Source: Magallana gigas
Lineage: Eukaryota
Length of the DNA stretch: 64,000 bases
Assembly (NCBI RefSeq): GCF_963853765.1
Contig: NC_088859.1
Coordinates: 21,824,001-21,888,000 of the forward strand
Direction: 5' to 3'
Below the pieces are notes generated by a model. That model ran no database searches. It was given only the letters and a program-made list of their open reading frames with translations, and was not told the DNA's origin. Below are positions 50,460 through 64,000 of this stretch, in pieces. Numbering within the stretch: position 1 is the stretch's first letter; each line of letters starts with the position of its first letter. A program made the translations under genes and the position numbers.

Positions 50460-53400
50460 TTAATGCTGTGTGTTGAGGATGGCCACAAATGTTCGGATCT
50501 GCATCGGCTGTAGAGTGATAGTTGTAGGGGGGTCCGAGTGAGGAATTGCTGTCCTCAGTAGCTCCTCTTTGCTGAGGGATTCCTCAGAATCTGATATTCA
50601 AATAAAACCACAGTCCATTTAGTATAAATAATCAGGAATATCCTCAACATATCAGAACATTCTACATTTTAAAATCAGATTTCACACATCTGCAAGCATA
50701 GGTAAGAATTAAATATATTTATGAGAGTAAATGGATGTAATTTTTTTCCCTTATGACTTCCACTTGTATTTACCTGGTATGTACCTCCAGGGTAATCTAT
50801 TCAGTTCTGACAAAGGAAGGTTGGCCCCAAGAGTTAGTTCCCTCATTGCTTCAATCTTAAATGTGGTAAAATCAGTCTGAAAAAAAATAACATATAAGTA
50901 ACCAAAGGTTGTAGGGTAAACAATTTCTAATATTTTCTAATATGGAATTTTTTTTTTATTTCTTGTAGAAAAACACTATAAAATGGCAACAACCCACCAA
51001 CCTCCTCAATAAAATCAAAAATGAAAATTTTCTCTGAATTACTTTGAAGCAAAGGTGTTCAAGTAGACCTAACCAGATTAACAGTGGCTGGCTGTGATAG
51101 TACTGGATCCTCGTCTTTTTCATAGATGTGTTCAAATCGGAGGAGAATCTGTGAGACTTCAACAGGCATGATGCTTGGTGAGACCCACTGCTCCAGGGTA
51201 AGCATGTGAACATTGGCAGGCAGGGGCTTCTTCAGAGCCGACCACTGTAAATGTAAAATGAACTTCAATTCAATAATGTCCACAATGTCCACTTCCCTAC
51301 AGCCAAAACATGGCACCATATGGGTTGGGGTCTTAAAAGCACACTTTAAGGTACAAGAACATCACAAGAACCACATTGACAGTTAATGAAAATCTAAAAC
51401 ATTTAGTATGATGATTCACTAGACAAAAAGATTCACAGAAAGTACAAGTTGTACTGAAAAAAAGCTATAAGATGAAATGTATGCAAGTCTGATGTTCCTT
51501 CAGATTAATAATCTTTAACCAGTAGATGCAATGAATTATTACAAATTGAATATACCTGGGTATTGTACTTGACCATTGCCTGTTCTGGAGTCATTGTTAG
51601 GGGAGAAAATGACACAGAGGGAGCCATGTACATCCTTAAGGCGAGGCTTCTATGTAGGGCAGGGGAATCCTTAATGGTGTCCAGAAGAGCCAGCTGTTTT
51701 CCTGTTTTGAATAATTGTAATTGTTATGATGAGGAAATTCATAAATATCGAAAAAACTTAAGTTAGGGTAAAATGCAAACAACTGTACATTGTAGCTTCA
51801 ACTCAATAAATATGAACCCTAATATCTTCTTTGTATCATACTTGCAGTTGAACCTCTCACACCTCCAAACTCCATTCCATATACAGATCAGATGCATATT
51901 GTCAATAATATTGTTAATGTACACATTGTATGAGCCCATTCTATGGAATCTGATGTACAATCCCAATATGAGCCCTAACACCTCTGAAACCAAATTCATG
52001 GCAATTATGCAATGACACCTATGGCGCCACACAAAACAGACATGAAGACTTTGCCTTGCCTCTAACAACAAGTCCCTGTCCATCTGCTCCTGTCTCATTC
52101 AGAGGTTCTCCTACACCAAAATGGTCATCGTACAGCAACCGCCTGTGGACCTACAGCAAAAAGTCAGGGTGCACTTACAATGTGAAACATTAAACTTTAT
52201 GTAAGTTACAGGTACTTTTATGGAACAGTTTTCAAAAGAATTTTGGGGCTGTCCAATTATTTTTCTGAGGTACACACCAGAAGTTCCATGGTGCCAGATT
52301 CCAGACTGCCACCTCCCTCTGATCGGTCAGTTAACACGGTCAACTGCTGGTTCTTGGCCTTATCCTGTAATCAGTGGAGAAGTACATGTAGTTAAATGTT
52401 ATAAAAAAGCCTTGAAACAAAATCTAACATTTAACCAGATAATACTCTAGTAAGGGTTGTTATTGTTAGAGTTTCCTCAACCTCTACACAATGAAAGCTG
52501 TTTTTAAATAAAGAGGAAAAAAATCTTTCTGATGATTTTATACACAATCATGTACTAATGTATACAGACACATGTACTTCAAATTTGATGACATTACTGT
52601 AAAGGTTCTACAATTTCTGACTGTGAGTTGTTCACTACAGGTTGGAGATGTTTGACCTTACCTGAATGTAGATGCGGCTGTTGATAGGGAAGTAGTTACC
52701 AGCCACATGCTCCGTATTATTAAAACTCCAGGTGTTTCTATGGTCTCTCCTGCAGACAATTAATCTCAGTGTAAAAACCATTTCATGTTTCATATTAAAT
52801 TTTAAAAATAAAATCATGATATTTTTATTATCAAAAGCCTGCTACCTTCTCTCTAGGATTTCCCGTCCGTTAGCGTCCGTGTAGAACAGATCTCCCGACT
52901 CCACTGTCTGCTGAGTGTCATACAGAGTTATGTACTCCTTGCCAATCTTGTCTCTGCAAATTCAGAATTTCCACACATAAAGGGTCATTAAAGTTTGTAA
53001 AAGTTTGGGCTATTAACTGCAGTAATTATTAGCTAGGTTGGCTCTTGGTACATGTAGTAGAATACTTCACTCAGTTTCTTAGTTCATTTCCATGCCTATC
53101 AACAATTTTTTTTCTTTATTACTGTAATTACAAGGCATATAGAATGATAATTTACATGCATGTCTGAAGCATTAACTCATTTTTAAAAGCCATTACTTGA
53201 TATTGATGGGTCCCACTGTCCACTCAAACTCTACATAGGGCTTATTGTTGTACAGTCTGATCACCTGGGATGCCTCGTCTCCAAATATCATGTGTGCCTC
53301 TTGCACAAGTTCTCCCTAAAATGTTCAGTATATGTTAGCATATAATAATTAAATACATTAAAAATTCTGAAATGCCAAACTTTTGAAATGCCTGTAACAT

Positions 53401-56400
53401 CTCACAGTCAGAATGTAGGAGTTGAGTTGCATTTCCTTGTCTGGGACTCTTTGTCTCTCTCCCTTAGTTCTCAGTGCGTATGCACCGGAAGCCTGGAACT
53501 CTCCCTTGCTGCAGTTCCCTCCATAAGCCTCATACCACCAGATACCCTGGTTTACAGGAAGGTCAATCTTCTTCTTTTTGTTGTTGATTCCAAGAGTGTT
53601 TCCATTGATATTATCCAAGAGGACCAAATATTCCTAAAATATGCAAAAAATATAGTTGTAAAAGCTGAATCAGATATGGACATCTATTCAATTTGAAAAT
53701 GCGGTAAATGAAATAGAGGTTGCTAAGTTTGTCTCATCCTTTATGGCATTTAAATGTTATTTGAATTCTTACATCATTCTGTATGTACAAGGGTATATCT
53801 GCCTTGCCACTTGTTACAGGAACAATTTTACTATTCTTTGATGTTGCTTCATCTGAATCTACAAAAACAACACAGTCCTTAATAATGGAAAACCTTTTGA
53901 CAATACAATATAAAACTGAAATTCATGTACTGGAAATTGTGCTTCTTGACAAAAAGCATAATCAATAAAATTTATCAACTTTACATATTTTAAGACAAAA
54001 GCTATGACACGACTACGGTAATAGGAATTAAGTGTCAACCATTGAATGAATCACGCTGGTACCACTGTTAGCAAGCAAAACAACACATTTCCCACATTTG
54101 TTTAAACTACTTTCCCAGCGCTTTAATTTGTTTCAATAAAAACTCACTCTTAGTTTCCATCACAAAGTATGTACTGTATCCCAAGGGAGGTAACTCTACT
54201 TGGAAGAAGAGCTCACTCTGGGCGATGGATCTATTTCTCTCGGGTATTTTTTTGGTTTCTTCAGAGACGGGTACCAGCTGAGCTGTCACATTTGCTCCGT
54301 TTGGATCCACCACTCTATACATGCTGGCAAGCACTGGGATTCTGACATAGTCTGTCACTGCATGTCCAAGCGGATTGTATATGGTCACCATAAACTGAAA
54401 CAATGAATGATCCATTATGAAGAAAACTAGACAAAACTGTGGGTAATAAACTGGGTGATAAACTAACAATTTTAAGCTTGATTCAAATGTACTGGATATT
54501 TTCATGTGCATATATTAACTAATATAAATTACTGCTCTGAGTGACCCCCCCCCCCCCCCCACCAAACAAACAAAAAAAACCCCAAAAAAGTCTACTTACC
54601 TGTTTGTTGTGTTCAGTGAATTCACAGTAGCTGATGTTTGTCAGCGGACAGTAGACCTGACTAGGAGCTTTCTCAGATCCTTTTGGCAACAACTTCTCAA
54701 AGGCTGCATTTGTCACTTTCTGAAATCCAATTAGATGTTCATGCAATATAGGTACAAGTAATACCAGTACGTTAAACAGAAAATTATATACAGTATAATG
54801 GTTTAAAAAAAAAAATAATCATGCTCATTTGATGATTTTTTCAATACATGTCCAGGTTACCAGTATTTTGTACCAACCTGACATTTCTTGGCTCCTGCAG
54901 CTAACCTCTGGGCATAGTCATTGGCAACATGTTGCTTCTCTGTCCCTCTACAAAAGTTGTTCCCAAAATCACTTCACAAAATATACATGTACGACATTTA
55001 AGTAAATTATTTCATCTTCAGTGAGATTTTATTTGGTAGGCCTTACGAGACTCCATCATGATGCTGAACAACACCCAGGGCTTCCTCTGAAAGATGAACC
55101 AAACAAGATTAAGTTTACAACCAACCATCATTTGGTTTTAGATGATAAATGTACAAGTTGTTTAAAGTTTATTGTGTCAGAAGCTTGGCTTACTGTACAA
55201 GCGGAGGTCCTCTGTGACATTGACACCCTGGCGCATGAGGTTGGCAAGAACATCCAGTTGTTTACAGACCTATACAGAGAAAAAGACCATCAACAAGCAT
55301 ATTGTACATGTACGAGGGTAGTTCGGAAATTATTGAGACATTTACTCTTATTTCCTTGTGGAAAAAAAGAAGCCCTTGAAATTTCACCAAAACATATTCC
55401 AGGAGATAGTTTATCAATGTAAAAAGTTTCGTGTCCATAGCATGATTAGATCATTCCTGGTAAACGGATCATCTTGCCTTCGTCCAGTGACCTGGTGCAA
55501 CCGCAAACTTACTGCAACGTCATTTTAACGCTTCTCATTGATTTTATGTTTTAAACACCAAACAAACAAAGGGATATTAGAATTAATTCTTCATTTCTCA
55601 TCTTTTGTTTACATTACAAGTAGTCAGCATTCACATATTCTCTCCATTCTTGATTTTTTGGGAATAAATCGGGTTATTTCTAACCAAAAGTCAAATAACT
55701 GTGAAATGTCTCCTACAGTCATTCTGTGTACATATTTTAGAACTGTTGACATCATTTAGTGTGCGAAAAGTACTTGATATTTAGTCACTTTGTCTGAATT
55801 CTAGCTAAAGAATTAGTATAAGAAGACGATAAACTGAAGCCCTCTATCCCTTGCCATCGTATATTTTTTGTTGAAGCAATTGGGTGCCCTGAAAAGGTTT
55901 TTTCCGAAATTTCCACCACTTTGATGTATATTTGCTGTGCCGCCTTGACGTCAAAATTCAATATAATGTCGTTGTCAGATTTATATTGCTTGGTAAATAT
56001 ATCTGTACCATATCCGTATTTCAACTCGAACAAAAGTGAAACTTGATCAAAAGTTCGTCACAATAAATAGCAAAATAAACATATATAATCTGATTTCTTT
56101 TATTATAAACTATTACTTTGCAGACACTTAGATAGACGATGTTTTAGTTTTATTATTCTCCGAGTTTATGCTTGCGCCGGGTACCCCGACCACCGATTTG
56201 TTTATCTACCGTTGTAAACAAAATAGTAAACATTTTAAAAATATTTTTTGTTTAATTATTTGTTAAGGTTTCTTAACTGTTCATGCCAATTTTCCCCCTA
56301 ATTCGTCACATAGGAAGGGAAATATCCATGTTGTCTCAATAATTTCCGAACAACCCTCGTACTTGTACAACAAAGCTAACAGGCTAAACAACTTTTTAAG

Positions 56401-59400
56401 GAAGGTGCATCAAAACATATCATAAACCATGTAAAATCACAGCTTAAACAAATATTTGAAACACATATTAAACAAAACTTTTAAATATATATTTTGATTA
56501 GGATATTTTTACAAAATGCACAAGTTGAATGCAGTACCTGTAAGAAGTTGTTACTTTTCCGAGCATAACCCTTCAGTGCAGCTCTGCTGGAAAAATACCC
56601 TGACCAGAAAGTGTTTTCCCGGCTGGCATAGGGAAAGAAGTCATCCTTGGTAGAATTCCACACCTGGTTCAGGTGATTGACATTGAACAGGTAACACGAG
56701 GGGGTGGAATACAACAGGTTGATGTTGCTGCCATTGCTCTGCTGCAGATGCAAAAATACGGATATTTCTAAGAGTGGTTAAAGCAGGAAATGCATTAGCA
56801 TACAAATGTTTATGTACTATGCATATGTAAAATGACAATATTGAAGAATTTTTCTCTCTTTAAGGAAAGTAAATGGAGATCCCTCCAACCTCCTCATCTT
56901 TTCTCCAGATTGACAATCAACTCTCTCTAACCTGTGCAAAAATCTGATCAGTACTTTATAGATAAAAGATCAATAAAGCAGAGATATTCATTTTCAGCCT
57001 CCGAAATATATACAGAATCAAGAACAAGATATATTGTTAGGTACATTATAATATTAGAATCATCAATTTAATAATTCTAATCTAAAAACAATACCTACAG
57101 AAAAAATAAATCAAATGGACACTGACTGGTTGATACTGAGGGCATCAGGTGGAAGTATGTGTTGCCAGAACCTACCTGTTGGTTGACATATTTGATCTTC
57201 TTGTCCAGGTACCTGTACCAGGTATGTGTCATAGTACCTTACCTGTTGGTTGACATATTTGATCAGCTTGTCCAGGTTCTTGTACCAGGTGTGGGCGTTC
57301 TGGTACTGGAAGTCGCTGCCCATGGTCATCATGATGTTGTTGGAGTGGAAGTGCTGGGCCTATATATACAAAGGGTCCAAAAGATGAGATATAGCACCCT
57401 GACATTATCTCAGTACCAGAGAGGGCTAAGAAAAATTTTAAGTCAGGATCAGATGTGGATTCAGGGAAAACCAATCACATGACAAAATGTTGTTAAAACT
57501 TTTTAAAATCTGAATATTTGAATACATCTGTACAAGTATATAAAAAAAACAAGCTGTTTATTATGTTATGTTAAATCTATTGTATTTTAATTTTTCTTTA
57601 AAAATAAATTTTCATTACTAGATAACTTATATTTATTGATCATAATATTTAGATCAAATTTGAAAAAGATATTGGAAAATTTTCAGATTTATATTGTAAA
57701 ACAGAAAAATTTATGATGGAAACCCTGCAAAATGTCACAAATACAACCAATCTACCATTCAATTGGACTTGGCCCTACCTGATCATTGACAATTTTGATG
57801 AAATCTTGAACTCTACTCTGAATGTTGACATCATGCATTCTTTCATCATCCTGTTAGAGATTTATTAGAATTGATTAGAAATGAGTGAAGGTTTAGTCTT
57901 TTACAAAATAAACTATCCTAATAATTAGGGCAAAACAAAAATTTTGCAAAAAAAAACCGCAAATCTATGAGGAGCTTTGAAATTCAATTATCTCCAGAAT
58001 ACAAGATATTTACAGACTCAAAGTTATATCAGTGTAAATAAATTCTGAGTTTGCTATATTACCATGATTGGTTCATCATTACAGGACTCATCAAAACAGA
58101 ATCCAGGCGGGGGAACATAGTGGTTGTACAAGACCCCAGTAAACAGTTCTGATGCCTCACCTAAACACACAGATCTACAAATCTTCATCCCATTGCCAAT
58201 ATGTCACAATTTTTAAAGAGACAATATATCTTCTGAAATCAAGGTAGAAGTAGTTTACAACTTGCCAAGATTTTTGGGGCTCCCTCTCCACACAAACTCC
58301 ATGTTGTTTTGTTTCAGTCTGTTGTCTTTGTCCTGGTAATCCAGACGACCAAAGAAAAGTCCATCAAACCCAAACTGCACAAAAAAATTAGTTGAAGCAA
58401 TACAATTCACTCCATCTGTAATATTTTTTTAACATATATTATAATAAAAACATTTTCTCCATTACTGTTCTAATATTATAAGCAAAGCTAGTTTTCTTTT
58501 CATTTTCTAGCAAAAAATTATCATCTGGGAAAATACTTTCCTTATGTAGTTGTTCTATTTGTGAAAAAATTATTTCATCTGTATACATGTACATGTATCT
58601 AACCATTGAAAATCTCATTACAAACTATTGCTGACCTATATTATTGTGGTGTGCTAAACAAGTTGAAATTCGATCAAATTTAATTTTTAAACCTGAGCAA
58701 ACATGGACGCCTGCTCTCGGGAGTGACCAAATGGATCTATCTGCCAGCCAACCCTGGGGCGCGCACAGGCTCCAAACTCTTGCTCAAGGAAGGAGAAGCC
58801 CAGGGTATGCTGGTCTATCATGGCGTTGTAGTGGGTACTGGCCTCATCATTCATACACCACCCTCCCAACACAAACTCCAGACGACCTGGAAGCCATCAT
58901 TTTATGGACATAACTCATAAGACACCAAAAGAATATGTTTCTGACATTTTCTATAGATCTGAAGAAATTTGATTTTAACATTGTTGCAAAATAACACAGC
59001 TAGCTACTTCACAAATTAACAGACATTTTACAGAAAAGTTTTTGTGAATATGTTTCGGAAATTCTTAATTAGATTTGAAGCTAATTGTTTTTCCTGATGG
59101 TACAAAAAAACAATTTGAATGATTACTGTAAACAAAGTTTTATTCACAAGGTTCGCGACAGCCTTGTTGTTGCGAATATTTCTCACTGCGAACCAGCCCT
59201 TGTCGTTTGATTCATATCACAACATGGGTCTGGATACAAATTGGTCGTGAAAATTCATTGTCGCATACCAGTTTATCTCCAGTAAATCGCGGAATAAAAT
59301 CGCCGCGAATAAAAGTTGGTTTACAGTACTTCAGAAACAAATGGACTTTTTACAGCAGAAATCTGCCTGTACCAGTACCTGTAAAATCCACCTTACCTTC

Positions 59401-61325
59401 ATTAACTAGTTTTCTGACATTTTCCTTCATTATGTTGTCCTGTTCTCTCCACCATCGAGCAAAGAAGGCCATCTCCACGTAGATAAAGCGTCTGGTCGGA
59501 TCACTCAGCAGTTCTGGGATCACCGAGTCCAGGATGTACTGAACACCCGCATGTTGAATGTCATTCCCCGCTACAGAAGTCAACATTACAATTAATGGTG
59601 GCTCGATTTTCACTTGGATATACCCCTCACAAATAAATTTACAGATCATTCTTTACGACTTATAAAACATCATCTAAATTCATTATTCAATAAATTAATA
59701 TCCACAAAATTAAATTCCCACAACTTGTTCAAAAATTAGAATCCACAAAAACTGCCCCCATGAACATATAATTTAGGATAATATTGTATCATCTATTCAC
59801 AATTTCTTAATGTTTCAAAAATAAACATTACTATACATAGAGTAAAACATGGTTATAGCGTTAAGCCAGAGACCAATTTTGATATAGAGATGGAATCTTT
59901 TATATGTACAAAAGATTTTATATTTTACAAGCTTTTATATGTAATAAATTTCATTTAATGATTTCGCACATCATTTTCCCTTGATTGGAAGCTAAAACCA
60001 AACATTTAAGCAACTTACAGCCATAGAAGTACTGGTCGACTGTTTTGAGCCAGCCTACATCGTCGTGTGTGTGCGGGACAAGATGGACATTCAACATGGT
60101 AGGGGAAGTTGCGGGGCAACTCTGTAAGGTCAAACCAGTGACAATAGTATACATGTACTGCACAGTTTAATTTAACGGAAAGTCAAAAACTTTATTTTCA
60201 TTTATCATTATTTGCCCAAACATCAATAATACAGCAATAAGGGAATAACAATAACATAGCAAAATACTGCAGAGCAGCTAATTATTCTAAAATTTGTGAT
60301 GATAAAAAATATATGCATATACAATACCGTATATCCAGTTTTTTTCGCGTGTCACAAAATTTGCAAAAATGATACAGGATATAATTTTTGCGCATTCAAT
60401 ATTTTGCGATTTGAAAGAGGTTGCTAAAAAGCGAACAATAGATCATAATGAAAATTACCGGATATACAGTATATTGTGTTACAAAAATTTTATGAGCTAT
60501 ACACATTGCATTGCAATTTAGGGAGTTAAAAATAGCATTTAAAACAAAAAATGAAAAGAGAATGTTAATACTTCGATCAGTCTTCACTGACTTTCTATAA
60601 TAAAATAGACAGTCACATAATTTATATATACATACTTACTCTGTACCCACACTGTGGCTCTGGTGGTGCAAACTCCACCACATTCGGCCGAGCGTGCACA
60701 TCTGCAAAACACAAACAAATGACTGCAGACACAACAATACTTGGCCACTCTGCCATCATTGCACTATAGAACAATCTGCCTCTGTGCAATGGTTATCAGG
60801 CAAAGTTGTTCTTGTTATCTCAGGTATACCTATATTGTAGATAAATACACCTGAATTCTTTTATCTTCATCAACATTTGAAACAAATGGACTTTGACATT
60901 TCACCAGATTAATAAAGATCCAGGCATATACATAAGACACATCGGATTAATTGTTAGAGACAATTAAAGTCTATTCATAGGCCGCTACGAAAATGAGGTA
61001 ATCATTGTAAGTTTCACAGCTAGTTTATAAACCACGTTAAACGGTTGTAAACTATAATTTACAGACAGATCAAAAACTTTTAAAGTTAAAAATGTTAATC
61101 TATATTTCACATCTGTAAACCATAGTTAACACGATCATCTATGTTTCAGAAGTGTAAAACTATAATTAATACTGAAAACAACCAGTTGCAACTGCAAAAC
61201 ATACTAGTTTATCTGATAAATATAGTTTACAATTTGTGAAATGATTAACGTAACATTACAGCTGTTAATTAACTATAGTTACCTATATAGCCAGCACAGC
61301 CAAATACATTCAATAATATTCTCAT
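50460..61325 (-). CDS. MAN2B1: Lysosomal alpha-mannosidase (GH38, MAN2B1-like), ~26 exons, apparently complete
   Basis: [21 protein letters not shown] (60121-60019), GGWCMNDEA and [10 protein letters not shown] nucleophile motif (58886-58693), [69 protein letters not shown], stop 50460-50462. First exon 61325-61283 is the best phase-compatible candidate and is less certain. Confidence 0.93.
55313..56359 (-). mobile_element. 1047-bp decayed mariner-like transposon in a mannosidase intron
   Basis: TA-flanked 28-bp TIRs cgaggg(ta/tt)gttcggaaattattgagaca. Minus-strand relic [22 protein letters not shown] weakly resembles the mariner N-terminal HTH and RSGRP linker; no DD34D domain recognisable. 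Confidence 0.8.
59126..59326. mobile_element. Tc1/mariner-type MITE in a mannosidase intron
   Basis: TA|ctgtaaacaaagttttattc ... gaataaaagttggtttacag|TA. Confidence 0.8.
60327..60469. mobile_element. Short TA-flanked MITE in a mannosidase intron
   Basis: TA|ccgtatatccag ... ccggatatacag|TA. Confidence 0.65.
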
Positions 61326-61932
61326 ACATTCTTTATAATCACCTTAAAACGTTATGATAATCTCATTGAAAAATTTGCAATTGACATATCCTATTTTTTA
61401 AAATCATGGTCATTGGCACTGTCCAATATCAAGGACGGGGTGAATCAACTTGGGGGCAAATAGGCCTATCATGTGTACATCATTATGCATACATTTCAAT
61501 TTTGGTCTCGACTTTCATTTCCTCTTCATCAAACTATAGACACTTGATGCAATTTATCATGAACAGTTTTTCTTCATGAATAACTTCTGCACATTAAAAA
61601 TATTGTACTTTTGCGCAGCAGCCAGCAGTCGTCCGGCGAAGCCTAATCCGAAAGTGGAGCATCTTATTAAGAAAGATAGGGAAAATCAAGTCTACTTTCA
61701 TTTTCGGTCTCTTTAATAAACTCTCTTATGATCTAACTGTAAGATTTTTCTAGGCGTGCAAATGAATATGGTTACTACAATGAAAAAATAAAGCAAGGTA
61801 CATTGGGGATTTTGAATAAAATATTAACAATTACGTAAATTTTTATAGCCTTTAACACCCCTATAAAGATGAACTCGTCTTGTATACATATTTGCAAAAA
61901 TGAAAAAGCTTAGAGTAAACAAGGGTTTTGCG

Positions 61933-63444
61933 ATGGAGAGATTTAGTGTCCTGTGTATTGTCATTTTAATAACTGGATGTCAAGCTGCAGGAAAATGTGG
62001 TTATGAGGTTTGCATAACACGTTTTAGATAGATTTCTGATTGTTTAAATTTAAATTCTAATGATTCCCAAATAATGTCAAATTAAAAACCGCCCCTTGTT
62101 ACATATGGATGTACATGTATTTTGATTACAGAGTTGCAATCCTGTAAAAGATGGAATGATAAACGTTCATCTGGTACCGCACACTCATGACGATGTGGGC
62201 TGGTTAAAAACAGTGGACCAGTATTACTATGGAGGCAAGACTTGATTAATATTTTCTCTGTAGCTAGCCTACCCTCTTTTCAGATGGTATTATACATGTT
62301 ATATGCCTTCCTGAATCTGATGCAGGAATTGGAATTTTTTTGTTTAATTTTCCTTTCATAGAAAAAAAGAGGAAGGCAAATATCTTGTGCATTAATTCAG
62401 GTCTGTCTTACCTACAGACAGATTAAGAAAAAGTGCATCGATTATTATATGTATAGTCTAGCTGTCCCAAGTTTTGCTTCCATCACTTTTTGTTTATTTT
62501 TAATGAAAATACACATACCGTGAAAGAAGTACAGTTGAAATCGATGAAATGGAAAATAACAGAGATATCTTCATTGACAAACTATCCCTTTTCACTTGTA
62601 AAAGTTCACAGGAATTAACGAAAACAAATTTCATACTGAGAATTATAATGGGAAATGGTTACATCTTTTCTCCATTCGGAAGTACTTGGGACACCTCGCG
62701 CCATTTTTCAATGTTATCATCTGGACTGATTAATGGCGGGTGCAATGCAAAATCCCCAAAGATGTTCTAGCTATTTTGGGATGTGTATTGAAACCAGGAG
62801 TGAAGCGATAGAGGGGTCATTTCAAAACAGATAATCTGGACATTTTTCATATTAGTGGATGAACATAGTATGAGCACAAAGGTATTCATTATTATTGAAA
62901 TATCAAGCGAAAAGTGGTGGAAGCAAAAATTCAAGACAGAGTATAAGTAACTGTGAAGACAATATATTATGTTTCTGGCATAAGTGTCATCAATATACTT
63001 TTATAAAATAAATGTTAGGCAACGTACATGACAATTTTGCACTCATCCATGTATAACATGATTATTATCAAATTCATCAAGGGAGTCCAAGTAATCAGCA
63101 TATACTGGTATTTATGTTTCCAAAACATTGACTTTTGTTAAATATATAAAATAATAAGTAATTCCTATCATTTGAGCAAATAAAAAATGATGGCAACCAA
63201 GCACATGCAGTGTTGTATTTAATTTGACACAGTACTGTCTATATATATATTACTATCATTAACATTTCAGACAAAAACCACATACAAAATGCGGGCGTTC
63301 AGTACATCCTGGACTCGGTCATTCAGCAACTCTTCGCGGACAAGAACAAGCGCTTTATCTACGTGGAAGTTGCCTTCTTCGCTCGCTGGTGGCGACAGCA
63401 GCATGACAGCATGAGGCATGCAGTGAAGGGGCTGGTCAACCAAG
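61933..63444 (+). CDS. MAN2B1: Second GH38 lysosomal alpha-mannosidase paralog, first three exons; gene continues beyond the window
   Basis: 61933-62007 signal-peptide-like [25 protein letters not shown]; 62132-62234 [34 protein letters not shown]; 63271-63444 [35 protein letters not shown]. The 103- and 174-bp exon lengths are identical to the minus-strand paralog. Confidence 0.93.
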
Positions 63445-64000
63445 GTATGGATTTTGGTCATATTTTGTTGATATCAATTATGATGCAATTCAATCGGATT
63501 GCATTGGCTCAAGTTCTAAAAACTTTTAAAATTAGCCCTCTCATGAATGAAGGTAACGGTAGAGTGCTAACAAGAATCATTAATGAATATCATACATGAA
63601 TTACATGTAAACTTTATAGATTCAAATGTTATTCACAATTCATTAAGCATCAGTGCTCTTGATTTAACATGTATGAAATTCACAGAAACATCACATATTA
63701 CTTATAATTTGCATTTGTATGAATTAAATTTGAAAAAAAAGCATGTTTTCCATAAAAGGATCAAACTGATATACCAGTACATGTACCGGTACATGTATGT
63801 GTATTTAAGGAAGTATTATAAATTGCGCAATTATTAAAAAGTTACCAGAGTGGATGATTCAGCAATTTAATAGTTTGTGAGTCCTTGAACTTGACAGGAG
63901 TCAAGTTTGTTTTTCTGATGTTGGAACCACTAACATGGGACACTGTCCTATTGGAGACCAATCTCCTCAAGGGGGACGTTAATATGATATCACAATGCAT

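Noticed and set aside
50900-60200. Plus-strand ORFs such as 55021-55422, 53388-53696 and 57159-57482
   Set aside because: Antisense to mannosidase exons or spanning the mariner TIR; no motifs.
61600-61665. GC-rich patch with a minus-strand ATG as an alternative first exon of the mannosidase
   Set aside because: Its donor is phase 0 in the ATG frame whereas exon 60701 needs phase 1, and it is not signal-peptide-like. It may still be promoter or 5' UTR.

Overview
AT-rich, intron-dense eukaryotic genomic DNA. Gene style and repeat types suggest a bivalve such as an oyster (Crassostrea/Magallana), but this is inference. Left to right: (1) a nest of short DNA elements at 0.4-2.8 kb; (2) an unannotatable minus-strand gene, 8 exons traced at 3762-5987, built from a duplicated three-exon cassette; (3) an intronless minus-strand orphan ORF at 9414-10070 with a CCAAT/TATA promoter, whose upstream DNA recurs at the window start; (4) a 1646-bp foldback element with 9-bp TSD and satellite-filled arms just upstream of (5) a complete SMG1 kinase gene of about 74 coding exons (13170-40077, +); (6) a 4-exon minus-strand gene resembling ciliary microtubule-associated repeat proteins (42417-47516); (7) a complete GH38 lysosomal alpha-mannosidase gene (50460-61325, -) head-to-head with (8) the first three exons of a paralog (61933 onward, +). 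Four GC-AG introns are required by reading frame. No rRNA, tRNA or CRISPR was seen. Most short ORFs in the supplied track are exon fragments or noise. All exon boundaries were read by eye and need RNA-seq confirmation.
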